The notes: generated by a model from the letters alone, not told the origin. A DNA stretch of 64,000 bases from Nymphaea colorata (GCF_008831285.2 NC_045138.2:28830001-28894000); one strand, 5' to 3'; counted from the stretch's first letter, positions 12,932 through 25,950 are shown. A program made the numbers and translations.

Positions 12932-14650
12932 CAATGTTGTAAAAAACGTATCGTAAGCCGTATCGGTCTGGCTTTAAGATATGCTATGTCATAACATATC
13001 GTAACTGTATTGCATTTTAAAAAAAAAAAATCATAAAAAATAGAAAAAAATCCGAAAAAAATCAGAAAAAATCAAGAATAATATGTTCTTCATAAAAGAA
13101 CATATTTTCCAAAAGGATAGGCTTATTATTACTATAAAGTTATGGTTCATTACTTCGTCATTCATAAACATCAAAATTCATAACAATATGTCAATATCAA
13201 TCTAGAAAGCGCAACAAGGAACATAACATATCATAATTGTATCGTATGATACGGTGCTTGTATCATACGATACGTGCGATACAGGCACGATACACCACCT
13301 GTTTAAGATACAGGTGGTGTATCGTATCACATTTTTGAAACACGACGATACGTACAACACTGTATAAAACAATCCACAAGAAAGTCAAAATTAAAGCAAA
13401 AATGAAAGGAAAATACAGAAGGAAAGAGAAAAATCAAAATTGAAGTAAAAAAGGAAGGGAAATATAGGCCTGTTATCTCTTTTTCAAGTTTGAAATATTA
13501 GCTTTTAAGTTTCAAAACATACATTGTACCCATTCGTACCCACGTGTTAACATAGGTACTTGCATCTTTCACATGTACCCATGTGACATAGTCTAGATTT
13601 TATGTGCTTATGCCCATTTGTAAAACAAAAATCCATATCCTGTCCCTTCATAATCTGTCTTCATGCTAAATTATATTCATCTTATTTGTTGTACTATTAC
13701 ATTTAAAAGCCTAATATGACGAAATAAGCAATTGGAAAAAATTCATGAGATGTTCATCTTTTGTAATGTTCATAGAAGAAACAGATTTCACAGACGAAGA
13801 ATGAAGGGACTCTGGTGTCCAGTCACGTCATCTCAATGTCAATATGCAAATACCAAGTGCAGTATCTTCTGCTTCAAGGGAGAAATGAAAGCCGTGGACT
13901 TACTTAATTATGGATGGCATGTTTTCTTGAAGAAGAATAGTACTTTATCCTATTCTGCAGAAGTCATGCTGACTTTATAGTTAAAAGCATTTTCAGGCCC
14001 TCTCCTAGGCACTTGGTGGTGGCCTAAACATGTGGACTGAATCAAATATTTACACAATGAGCAAACCATTCTCAAAATAAGACTGAATTTTCTCTTTCCC
14101 TCCCTTTGGATTGTGCTGAGGTAGAGAGCATGATCCAAAAAATGGAAAAAATAAATAAAAGGGGGAGAGAAAAAGAGGTCTGAAAAACCAGTTCGAAGAT
14201 GAGACTAGTTGAACCCATTCCGGATGTGTGTCATAGCCACAAATAAATATTGTTCTCAAGTTATTTATAGCCTGGTTTTTTTCGAATATTCTTTGGGAAA
14301 GTTGTTTCTCTGGAGAAAACCTCGACATTTTTTTTTAAAATATACAAATCCTAAAATCTAATAAGTAGGAAGACGTAAAAAATACTAGTAAAATGGTAAT
14401 GTGACTATAAATATTAACTTAAGTTTCATTTACCTAAATGACATCATTAATCCAACCAAACCAAAAGGAACATGGGTTTTAAAGGATTAGAAAGACAAAT
14501 TTATAGTTTAATCCATGATGATATTAACACTAAAAAGGAGAAAACTAAAAAAATTGCTAAATGTGCATTAAATTTATTTTCACACTTTTTGATAAAAATC
14601 TGTCTTGCCCATGTTTTTTTTTTCTTGTTTTTCTCTTTTATAATGTTAAT

Positions 14651-14699
<49 letters not shown>

Positions 14700-17242
14700 C
14701 TCTAAATTTTTACCCTTTTAGATCTATCTTCCAGTGTACTGATCAAGGTGGAGATTTTTCAAACACACACCACCCCCTCAAAAACCCTCAACCCAACCCA
14801 TATGACATGTATAACACTTTCTTGTATATTACTGCTAAAATTGCTCAATGGGAAGGATTTTTTTTTTGGCTTCCCCTTTCTCTTGTAGGCAGTGTTTGTT
14901 TTGTGAAACTCTCTGTTTGAATTTTTTCTTGTGGGTTTGGCAGGTATGACGTAGCAATGTTTCTTGCACACAGAGTACTTGATTCTGGTGAACCGGTGAG
15001 GAGTCCAACCCAGATGTCTTTTTTATAAAAAATGTACCTATGTTCATTTTCCTTTATCTTCTCTGCTTCGTGGATTGCTTCTGAGCTAAGCCACTTCTCA
15101 AACCAAGAGGAATAAAGGGAAAAGACAAGGTTTTTCAGTTGTACCTACTTATGATATGAAAACCATTTTGCTTTTTTTGGTTCCAGGCTTTGAATTTCAT
15201 ACTATTTGAGCTTATGAAAGTGATACTTTTTTTGCTTGGGTAGGTAGTATTTACTAGCTTTTTTATGTTCTTTTTTCCAGAAATGTGTTGGAGACAAATA
15301 CAATAATTTTATATTTGTAGATAGTGCATCTGTGAGTTTGAAATTTAAAGAACCACTTCGAATGCCTGTTTCTGATTCTAGGTCTGTTTAGGTTGAGTGG
15401 AGTAGGCATTCTGAGTTAGAAGTGAGGCACTAATTTAGGTGTCTGGGAAGAGTAGAGGCCAGAAGACAACTGTTCCATTTAGCTTCGATGAAGTAGAGAA
15501 TTTGTAATGAGTAGGCCAAAATCAGCATTACTGCCAGTACAGCACTTTGTACTCCACCAAAAGGTTGGTGGTCCCACATTGCAAGCAGTACATAATTCTT
15601 AATAGATTTGTGGTGCCCGGGGCCATGCTTATCAGCTGTAGGCACTAGACAGTAGCAGAGCTACATTATGGTTGGTGTAGGCCACCGCCAACACCAGCCC
15701 TTCAAAAATCTCAAACCCCATAGCATTGAAGGTAGACCTAGCTTCAGTCACATGCGATGCCCACACCAGACTCGGGTCAGCAACTCAAAGTACCCCTCAG
15801 CCAAAAGTCCTAGTTTGTCTAAATTGAAGGCTTGACTAAGTTATACGTGGATTCTAGTGTAAAGACAAATTCCAAGATAGTATATGACATGGTCAACATA
15901 GATGCATTGGTAGACATATGAGAACCGACTGTGATAGAAAAGCAGATTAGTAATTCAACTCCTAATTCATGATGCAAGGCTTTACAATGATAGAACTTTT
16001 AATGCGAGGCACAAGAATGATTGATCTACACCGTAATGGAACTTTAAGCTTCAATAACATCGACAAACAAGGATTTGCCTGACTAAAGAAACTGTCCTGG
16101 AAGGTTCAATTTCTGCCACTGGCTGTAGACTGCGTGTGGGGAATTATTGGAGCAATCTTCCCTATCTAGTGAAACTGTGGAAATACTGGTTTCTTATGCG
16201 GAAAATTGCTTCAATACTGAAAATAGCTGTGCTTATGTTTCACTCTAAGTCTAAGGTCTCCTGCTAAGAATGAACATGCTTGTTTTTTCTGTACCAAACG
16301 TTTGCTGGGAATTTATATTGATGAAATTCGTTTCTGATACTAAACTGCTGCTTGTGATGCCTGTCACATAGCTGTGGAATTGCTATTAACCGTGGATCAG
16401 CCATATGGCAGTGCATTCATTCCTCGTCGACCCTTGTACACACTACACACCATTTATCATATAAACCTGGCGAAAGCTTCCTACGTTGGAAAATTTAGGT
16501 GTCCATCATTAAGTTGTGCCATAAGATATTATTTTAAATTTTTAATACTGAATTTGTTCATGGTTGCATATCCTGTTGACTGGCAATTTCCTCTTAAGAA
16601 TTAATGCATTAACGGTTTGGAATGTTTTGTAGACTATTTCAGCAAATATGAGCCAATATGGTGCAGGAAGTACGTGTAAGATTTGCTGGATTTGGTGCTG
16701 TTGAGGATGAGTGGGTCAACGTCAAAAGGGCTGTCCGGCAGCGTTCACTTCCACTGGAACCTTCTGAATGTACGAGGGTCAAGCCTGGGGATCTTGTTCT
16801 CTGTTTTCGGGTAAACTTTTTACAAGAGAATAGAAAAGCAAGATCTTTTTTTTCTGAAAGCTGTGAACGTCCTCTGATTTTAGGCGTCTTTTTAGGAAGG
16901 GAAAGAGCAAGCGCTCTACTTTGATGCTCATGTTGTCGAAGTTGAGAAGAGGCGCCATGATATAAGGGGTTGTAGGTGCTGTTTCCTGGTTCACTATGTA
17001 CATGACAAAACAATGGTAAGCAATTTAGTCTTTCAGGATGACGATAAAGGCCTTAGGTGCTCAGTTTCGTACCATTCTATGTTTGCATCTCACTCCTGCT
17101 GGAAGCTTAAAAATTTGCCATTCCACTTCTGGTTTTGTTAACATGGTTAACTGTTATTTTGTAATGACAGGAGAAGGTTTCCTTGAGACGATTATGTAGC
17201 CGGCCTACAGTGCCTGCCGACCCAGGTCTAGGCCAGGTCTGA
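11201..17242 (+). CDS. SHH1: SAWADEE HOMEODOMAIN HOMOLOG (SHH1/DTF1-like) histone reader; SAWADEE intact, homeodomain exons degenerate
   Basis: Homeodomain-like exons 11201-11286 ([13 protein letters not shown]) and 11409-11454 ([15 protein letters not shown]). Then 11552/11555-11687, 12587-12650 ([21 protein letters not shown]), 14944-14995 ([10 protein letters not shown]), 16667-16810 ([29 protein letters not shown]), 16896-17015 ([21 protein letters not shown]) and 17171-17242. From ATG 11552 the spliced ORF is 588 nt (195 aa). The SHH1 versus SHH2 assignment is tentative. Confidence 0.88.
12793..13591. mobile_element. hAT-type MITE (outer element) in an SHH1 intron
   Basis: Perfect 15-bp TIRs CTATGTCACATGGGT / ACCCATGTGACATAG, with an 8-bp TSD TCTAGATT at 12785-12792 and 13592-13599. 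Confidence 0.9.
12932..13362. mobile_element. hAT-type MITE (inner element, nested)
   Basis: TIRs CAATGTTGTA / TACAACACTG (9/10 match), 8-bp TSD TATAAAAC at 12924-12931 and 13363-13370, and many subterminal GTATCG/CGATAC repeats. Confidence 0.88.
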
Positions 17243-18851
17243 ATATTCATTTGAATCTCACGTTTTGTTAGTTTTGGTGGCTCTCTTTTACTTTCCTGCT
17301 GCAGTAACTGCTCCATGCTTGTACTTTGCCGAGTCATGAGAAGTATAATGGAGCCTTATGCATACATTAGGAGGACATTGGACATTCATGAAAACTGACG
17401 TCCTGCATAGAATGCTGTAGTCCTACCAATGGAGGTTTGTGCCTCTAGTAAAAGGCAAGAGTTAGACTAGGGTGGGTGAACGTTTATTGAGAGAGCACCA
17501 CCATAGAAACCTAGTTTTGAGACTTGATCTAAGATATCGAACTTCCGAGAACGTTCCCTCTTAAAGCTGTAGAGTGCCAACTGTCCATGCCAAAACGTTG
17601 GTACTGTCGAACCACTATCAAAAGGTGAAACCAGCGCAGTAAAAATTCACAAGTATAGAAAGATCAGATCATCCGGTAACCTGATAAAATTTTCTAAGTG
17701 TTCGAGGTTTGATGTTTGTTGGCAAACTAACAGACCAAACAGGCTCACAAGAGCACCTGATCCTACTGCCGCTGCATTCTACAGCAAACGACATGTTCAA
17801 TTAAACAAAAGCAGGAACGAGAGAGAACAATCAAGAAGAAAAAGACTGCCATCAAGAATCTCCCATAGAGTGGACGGTTCATCTTATTGAGATTCTTTTT
17901 TAAGCTTTGACATGTCTGAAAAGGTTTAATGATTTCCAGTCAACCTCGGAGCATACCCCACTTTGAACATGACCTTTGATTTCTAAGCCAGATGATTGGA
18001 CTTCTCATTGCATGCCCACGTTCACGAGTAACCTCAAATGACATGCATCAACTAGAAAGGAATCCTTTTCCAAATTGCTTCATACCCCGGATGTTCAACA
18101 GAACCTTAAAACCGTATATCAGCGATCCTCGCCAATGCGGATTTAACTGGTCTGACAAAAGCACCAACGCACCCTAAGATAAGGAAGCCTCAGGAAACAA
18201 CCCTGCCATTTCTGATTGGTCACGATCTACAGAAAACGAAGGCATGAACCAATGTTTATCAACTAAGGAGAATGAGTTCGTGTTTAACATTGGTGATCTC
18301 CATTTGTTTGCGTACATCGCCATAGCTATTCACAAGAACACTCCAACTTTCTGAAGAATGATGTTCAAACTTTCTCTGGAAGATGTCACGAAGAAATTAT
18401 TTTAGTTTTCTCGGCATCGAAGCTCCAACTGACATGCTGTTGAAAAAAGGTAGCGCATCAGCACGCGGTTCCTCACATTGCTCCGCAACCACGTAGAGTG
18501 CAAGTTTATGCTCATTCATAACCCAATCAGACGAGATATCTCTTGCTAAAGAATTCTTATTGAAAAGCTATACAGAGAACAATAAGATCATATCTCATTT
18601 GATATTCGTGGATCGCAGTTCTTAGACCAGGGGCATCAGATATGCTTGGTACTATTGCACAAGGTGAGAAGCAGGACATAATCTGATAATAGGCGTAAGC
18701 TGCAAACTCACACGTCAAAAAATTTCTCTGCTCCAGATCAAAAAGAGAGCCGCATGCCTGCAGGTAAGGAAGAATGACGCCAAAAAGACTCGATGCACGA
18801 GGAAGGATGTCTTCAATGGTGCATCGGGCAGCTTTCCACCATAATACACGT

Positions 18852-21676
18852 TCAAGAGACAGTTCGGCCATAGCAAATGGATCCAATGTAGAGATTTTTC
18901 GCCCACTTTTCCTGTGAAATAAGACGGAGAAACATATATTGCAAATCAGATCACCGAAAAAGAAGGCAGGTATAGGAAAAGGGGCGGGAAGAAAGTATGA
19001 ACCTTGACGTGTGTACTAGGAAATGCAGATGTCCTCAGTGTTTCCTGTGTTTCATCATTAAGCTTTCTTCTGGGTATGCTCAATACCAAAGCAGTTTGAT
19101 CACATGTTGCTGCAGTTGCAGTTATTCGATAACCACTATCCCACCTCCGATGTATGCCTTCACTAGGATACAGAAAATCAAGTTCCACAACCTAGCGTGT
19201 TTATCAAGTAACCTGGTTAGTCTGAGAATTAAGACATAATTCAAAAGAGTGAGGCGGGAAGGAGAGACGACACTGCAAAATAAATATACATACCTGGTCA
19301 GAAAAGGGTGCATTACGAGACATAACAACTGCCCATCTACTCCCAGCAGTGGCCATTGAGGTGACGAAGAAACCTTCCCTCCACTTTTTGTTGATCCATT
19401 TGTAAGGAAATGAATCACTAACCTTATAAGATTGCTGTGCATATGGGGTACCTGCATTAGAATGCAATTGCATGAGCAAAATAGATTTGGGACGCACGTT
19501 GACGTCTAGTCTCAGATAAACAAAGATTAGTAGATTACCTTTTGACATTACTACTAAAGAGTTTCCATTGTTTGCACCTGCGACTGCACTAATATAATAG
19601 TTTTTCTCCCACTGTTCCACGATCCATTCCTTCAAAAGTACCAAGGAAATGTCAATTACCAATAGTAAGCACTTCAAAAGTCAAAAAAGGAAAGTCAAAA
19701 CCAGCAACAGGGAACCTTGTGAAGAAAACATTTCGACATTTTATAAACTTGGGATGTAAAAGCAGTGCCAGCATCCATGATAAGTGCCCACAGATTTGTA
19801 CAAGATGCTACACTGCTGATAAATAACCCATCTTGATTCCCTTTCTCAATGTGCTGTGCAAGCCTTCCATCTGCAACATTATAATGGTACCTAAGGGACG
19901 GCAAGAACAAGGAACTTTTTCATTAACAAGGTCAAGAAAATCTTTGTAAAATGTGGATAGTTAAAGAACCAAATCAATAAAAACCAAAGCACATACCGCT
20001 GCTTCATTGGCCTCCTTGCATTATAAACACTAATCCATTGCGTTGCAGGCACCCCCATACGGATCTTCTTCTTCGGTTGTTCGTCATCATCTTCCTCGAT
20101 TGTAATGCGCCCTCTCTTTTGTCCAACAGGGTACATAAGCTTTACATTTGTGATAATGCATTAGACAAATTTCAAAATGGAGAACACAAAACAGGCTAGA
20201 AATGGAAGTTTCACAAAAGATACCTTTTCTGCCCCATCTGTGTTTATTGGTCTTATGGCTGGACTTGGACCAAGTATCTCATCAAAGAGAGAGATATACA
20301 TAGTATAGTTGGGCTCCTCATCAAACTTCAGGTTTACCACATGTTCAAGAAACTGCCTGAATGGCTGCGGACAAAAGCAACAAAGAGCCTCTGGAGATGT
20401 AGCCATCTTCTTCTTGCAAACCAAGAAACTCTTGTTCTCACCCTGTAAACAATAAAAAAGTGTATGAATTAGATCAAAAGTGAAAAGGACAGACTGCCTT
20501 CAGTAGCAGTGAAAAGAGCTCCAGATTCCAATAATGTGGTTACTTATGCAAAACCCTTTTTTCTTTAAGTAGCCATAATACTCGAAAGTCACAAGTCCAT
20601 GTTTGAAAATCAAGAACATGCAGGGCAGTTCATACAACAGAGATGGATCCCTCTCACAATGAAACCACTTCTACTGTGCAGCCATTGGCCAAAGTTCATG
20701 TCCTTTACTCAAACAAATGTACATGAAGGAGCACAAAATATAAAACTGCAATGCCATATGAAGACACGTAATTGAGGAGAAGAAAAGACCAACCTGATAC
20801 CCTTGCCAAGGCAGGCGGCCACGTAAAAGAAATATGAGAGTGTAGGCAAGTGATTCCAAATCATCTCTTCTACTGCCAGTTCTTCCTAGGTGTGCGTGCA
20901 CACTAGCATAGCGCACGGTTCCCCTGCATACATTTCAAGCAATTAATCAGGTGCCAAAATAGCATGTTCAAGTGATCATGCATGCAAAACCTTTAAACAA
21001 GACAAAAATAACATCACAAAGACACGTTTTCAACTAAACAATGGATGCTGAATTTACCTGAAGACATCTGGCCTTTGATCATATTCAACATGCTGACAAG
21101 TCGAACTTTCACGCCATCTAGTGGCTGGAAAATAATGAAGAAAATAAGAAAGTTGAATTCTTTCCACATAAGCAGAAGTACCATCCATATATAAGCAATA
21201 AACATGACTTACCTAACCCAAGATCAACGAGGAATAATTTTTTCTCTTCAGGTGTACCAGGTGGGCCAAGCAAGAAATTTTCAGGCTTTACATCCCCATG
21301 CACATATCTACAAAAGAACAAAATAAACAAATAGAACTTTGATGAATTAGACTGTCTTTGATACATAAAATTGAATTTGATGACTCGCAACAAGGAACAA
21401 TGATGTAGACAAGATAAACTACATGCAGTAACAACTGGGAATTGCATGACAATAAAATATGTCCTTGATTTTACAATCAGAAAGATTATTGTAGGCAACC
21501 ATGAAAAAAATATAATTATGCAAAACAAAATAATGGGATTAAAATTGCTAGGACATGTGGATGTTCCACCCAAATGAACTGAGATGTAGATACACCATTG
21601 TGTTTGGATGTTCATCTTTGCTGTATATACATTTCACAACCTAATTCAATCACATATACCCCCCTCTCTGTCTCCC

Positions 21677-21720
<44 letters not shown>

Positions 21721-24063
21721 GCACGTATGTATCTGTCATAGTAAGTGTGTGTGTGCGCCTCAGCACATACCATACTCAGACAAAAGCCTGAGGGAACAAC
21801 ATTCCTAACAAATTAAAGCATACAGTAACTATGTACAAGAAAGCACTGTCATTATGCCACAGAACAGCAAATGAATAAACAAAACAGGGTAGCAAAAGCC
21901 ATCTAACATATATGAGCAGAGAGATTAGAGGATAGATGATCTAACCCTCGATGGTGCATCTTCTCCAATATAGAGATTGCTTCCATAGCAATACAGGCCA
22001 CCATTTCAGTAGACATTCTGCATTAAACACAAGAACAGGAGTCAAAAAATAAACTACACACGATAGGTGGATGAATCAGAACAAAATGTAAAAACATATC
22101 TGTTCAATTAGAAATTTAGAACTCACAGATGAGCATTGTTATTCCAAACATCCCATAGGCTTGGTCCCAATATATCCATCACCTACAAGATTTTTTCATA
22201 TGAGCTTAACTTTAAAGTATAAAAAGGATTATAATCCTGTTAAAAATGCAGGCTCCCAATTCATAGAGTGTCAATCAATGGATACCATCACATAGTAATC
22301 ACCCTGGCGGCCTTTGTAGTGAACACGAGGAACACCATGACTGCCACCAAGTGCACTGCACAGACATAGGTCCATCAGGACACAAGAACAAAAAATTCAT
22401 AAAAGTAGAAAGCAATAGCATATGACAATAAAATGCTCAAATATGATTCAGAAAACAGATAAGAACTTACTTATAAACTTGCCACTCATATGGGGGGCCA
22501 TAATTACACCCTTTGCTAGTTCTGTGTTCAAACTTTAGAGCTACCTGCAATGCATAGAATCATGGAAAATTAAATTCAAATACTTAACAAAGCTTGCAGA
22601 AAATCAATATGCACAAAAGTTTTGTCAACTAGCGCATTAGATGGTAGCATAACATTACAGTACCTCTAGAGTACCAGCTGTTCGATCATTTGTATTTGGA
22701 GCAGATACACGGCGACCAACATATACTTGCCCAAAACCTCCTTTTCCCAACTTCCTTTCAATTTTGTAAACTGGCGAACCACCCACCTGAACCTGCAGCA
22801 GGATATGTAAAAATATCACTTTCCTTCCACATAAGAGGACGATCCTAATGCATACAACAACAATACGAAACACAGCAGAGAAAAGCTTCTGACATGAGTG
22901 AGTGAAGAAGTGTTTCTGACAACAGAGAATAAAGCGTCCATAAAGAAATAAAATGAGAAAAATTAAGTGAGAATCTCCCAGTCTCCAACTTCAGTCAGCG
23001 TAGAAAAGGACAAGTTAGACAGCTGAATTCGGAAGGGCAAGCCATAAAGTTGTGCATCAGACAAAGTGAACGACTGGATCTGATAATTAACAGATTTAAT
23101 GGATTCATCTCATCTTGATTGCGAATAACCCTACCGCCTCGTCGAATTAAAAACAAGAGACGCATAAACTTTCGTAAAAATACAAAATTCCAGCAACAAG
23201 CATTGAGCGATTAGTGGATCATGCAAACGTACGCAAGTAACAAGATACGATTATCCATACACTTTCTTTTTCCTTTTCCACTCGGAAGAAAAAAAAGATG
23301 GTTTTATTCAACAAGGACCAAAACAAAAAAAAACGAAAGAAATGCTGAGCTATAAATATTATATTAAACTTGCACCGATGTTCAAAATAAGTGAGAAAAG
23401 ATGAAAAATCATTAAAGTGCACAAATTCAGGCAGAAAATAGATACTAGTAAACAAAAACCATTCCCAATCGGATACCAAAGAGTGATAAGCCAACTGACA
23501 GCAAATAAAACAGACGGTCGATTAAAAAAAAAACAAACAAAAACAAACTCTTAACCGGCTTCCTGATCACCAGTAACAACTAGAAGTATTCACGTAACCA
23601 CGATCGAATGGCATTATCTTGTTTCGTACCGAGTCAGGAACCAAATTCAAGAGGGAATCTGATAACAAAGAGGAGGATGAGAAAGACTAACCCTTTCAGG
23701 AAGAGGAGCAGTGCTGCCCTCGTCTTCCGCCCCGGGGCCCTTATCTTCGCTTCTTGCGCCGCTGTTGTTATCCTCCATTCTCGCTTCCACCACGAAACCC
23801 TCCTCTCTGTTTTGCACCACCGCGTTCCCACCAGGACCGCACTTCTCCAAAGCCGCAGCAACCTGTCCTTGTATGCCCAAACCGGCCGCGTGGCCTCTGC
23901 CACTCGTACCTCCCGATCTCAGCCTTCCAACCGCTCCATTACTCTTGCCGCCTCGCCTCCTTCCTCCTCTCCCTCCAACCTGCTTTTCACCCGCCGCCTT
24001 ATCGTTCAACTCGCCGGGCGGCTGTCCCCGGCCCTTGCGCACTCCACTACGCAGAACCGGCAT
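18852..24063 (-). CDS. Plant-specific casein kinase 1 of the MUT9-like / PPK / AEL / HD16 family, about 16 exons
   Basis: Start [12 protein letters not shown] (exon 1, 23692-24063). Kinase motifs [34 protein letters not shown] and SRRDDLES. Family C-terminal repeats ([52 protein letters not shown]). Last exon 18852-18911 reads [19 protein letters not shown]. Confidence 0.95.
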
Positions 24064-24066
24064 CGT

Positions 24067-24291
24067 TTACCCATCCAACCGCACGCCTCTCCAATTCCTA
24101 TCCTTCTCCCGTCCTGCCACGTCCCGCATAAGAGACCAGGAAGAAAAGCCCGGCAGGAAACCGATCCCGTGCCGTCTCCGGTGTCACGCCCGCGCCTCGC
24201 GATGGATTACGCCCGCGATCAGCACGAAAACCTCAATCAAAGGATTCGCATATGGAACTCCAAACTCTAAAGAGCCACGGGACAAGCGCAT
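24067..24291 (-). promoter_or_regulatory. Upstream ORFs in the kinase 5' leader
   Basis: uORF1 24291-24184 (35 aa, MRLSRGSLEFGVPYANPLIEVFVLIAGVIHREARA*). uORF2 24129-24067 (20 aa) stops 3 nt before the main ATG. A TATA-like run at about 24541-24550 suggests the leader includes both. Confidence 0.5.
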
Positions 24292-25811
24292 TCGCCGTTG
24301 TCCCTTCACAGAACCCGACCGCCGCTTGGCCGACGTCGTGATCGATCGAATGATCGCCAAAATATGGGCAGTGAATTGCCGGGAAAACAGGGACTCGCCG
24401 GGAAAATGGATAATAACAGGAACACGATCAGAAGACTCCAAAAGAGAACGAGAACGAGACAGAGGTTCCGTTTTGCTCTCATGCAGCAGACATTTGGCTT
24501 CGTGAAAGGAGACGCGATCAATTTGGCCTCACCTAAGGATTATATATATAATATACATAATAAATAAGCCGTTTTTATACGTATCAGATTCACTTTAAAG
24601 GTACTCTGACATGTTCTCCGTCCGATCATCGAGATGAACGATCGACATATATCAAAGACACGTTGAGCGATTAAACCTACGTATTCTTGTGTCCTTGAAT
24701 CGTACTTTATACGTATTGTGTGGCCCTTTCCGGAGAGCTCTGGCCGTCCAACTTGAAAGTCTGAACGGTGTGGATCGAGTCGTACGGGAAGGTTAGATTC
24801 CGTTCGGGAATGTCAGAGTTCTCGATATCAATGAAAATGAAACCTGGCCGAGGGAAAATCTCGCGCGAGTTTTTTCTCGTTCTTCGGGAAGTCAAAAAAA
24901 CATCTCCCGCGGGTTTCACGTCCCGTTTCTCGATAAATCCTGGATAAAAATCCAGATACAAAACAATATAAGCAAATGAAAAGATGTAAATATAATCTAA
25001 CATAATAAGTGAGATATTAGTAAGGTTAGAGCGCTCTCAAAACTGGTAATAAGCGATTTTTTATAAGCTATCTCTGTTTGTCTCATGCATGAGGTTACAA
25101 ATCGGTGGCAGAGCTGTCCAAAAGCGCCGCGTGCTGTTTTAGTTTGCTTTTTTATGTTTTATTTAAAAACTGATTTTTTACCTTAATTTTATTTAAAAGG
25201 CAATTGAATTTACTCGGGATTTTCATAGTTTAGATTTTGCTATTTTAACGTGTATCTCAATTGTTTGGTTTGACTAGTAGGTGCCACAAAATATCAATTT
25301 AAATCAGATTGTTTCGAGGAACTAATTAGTTATGATGCACTGCCTACGTTATAAACGAATTTGAATGCTCCAGTTTTGAAATTATATATGCATCGGTGCA
25401 TCTTTCAACTTATATATATGCATCGTTACATTCAATCTATGGGTAATTGGACTAAAGTATCCAAATTAGGAAACGAGATCATACCAATTTGAAGTTCCAT
25501 TTCAATCAATGTATGCATGTGTTGGCCCTCTCAAATTCAAATAGACATGTCCAAACTTGTTAGCATATCAAAATAAGCTGGATATGCCATTGTCCATAAA
25601 AAAAGTAAACTGGTTAGACATGGGTTGGCTGGGTCCTGCTATAATTTGAATAAGAAGTGTGCAGTAGATTTGGATCTATATTTGGGAAAAGGGTTTCAAA
25701 TGGGCAGGGATGTATTTGGTATGATTATGAAATGTACAAACGAACTTGACATGTACACATTTAAATAACTGAACCTATCACTTATTGCTATATTAATGTT
25801 AGAAGAGCTGT

Positions 25812-25950
25812 CAGTGGTGGAGTCAGAAATTTAAGGGCACTCTTAATTTATGTTTCAAAAGCTTAAGAGACACTTATATATAATAAGAACAGCAAAAAAG
25901 AACGAGTAACAATACTTGAACAAAACAAAGTCTATGTGTTGCGAGCTTCA
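25812..25950. mobile_element. Degenerate dispersed MITE end (CAGTGG(T/C)GGAG family, hAT-like)
   Basis: CAGTGGTGGAG.. followed by similar sequence at 25812 and 59293. Related starts at about 35656, 39687 and 62716; the last has a CTCCGCCC end near 62871. Confidence 0.4.

Noticed and set aside
15380..16100. Possible decayed retroelement in an SHH1 intron (GGTCCCACATTG motif); similar hints at about 40800-41330, 50600-50960 and 54860-55030
   Set aside because: No termini, TSD or coding motif could be fixed.
22277..22285. Kinase intron donor GTATCCATT resembling a U12 5' splice site
   Set aside because: It mismatches GTATCCTTT and has no TCCTTAAC branch point near the acceptor, so I treated it as U2.
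23608..24505. Plus-strand ORFs of 220, 264 and 125 aa
   Set aside because: They are antisense shadows of the GC-rich kinase exon 1 and leader, with low-complexity Pro/Ser/Arg content and no domain.
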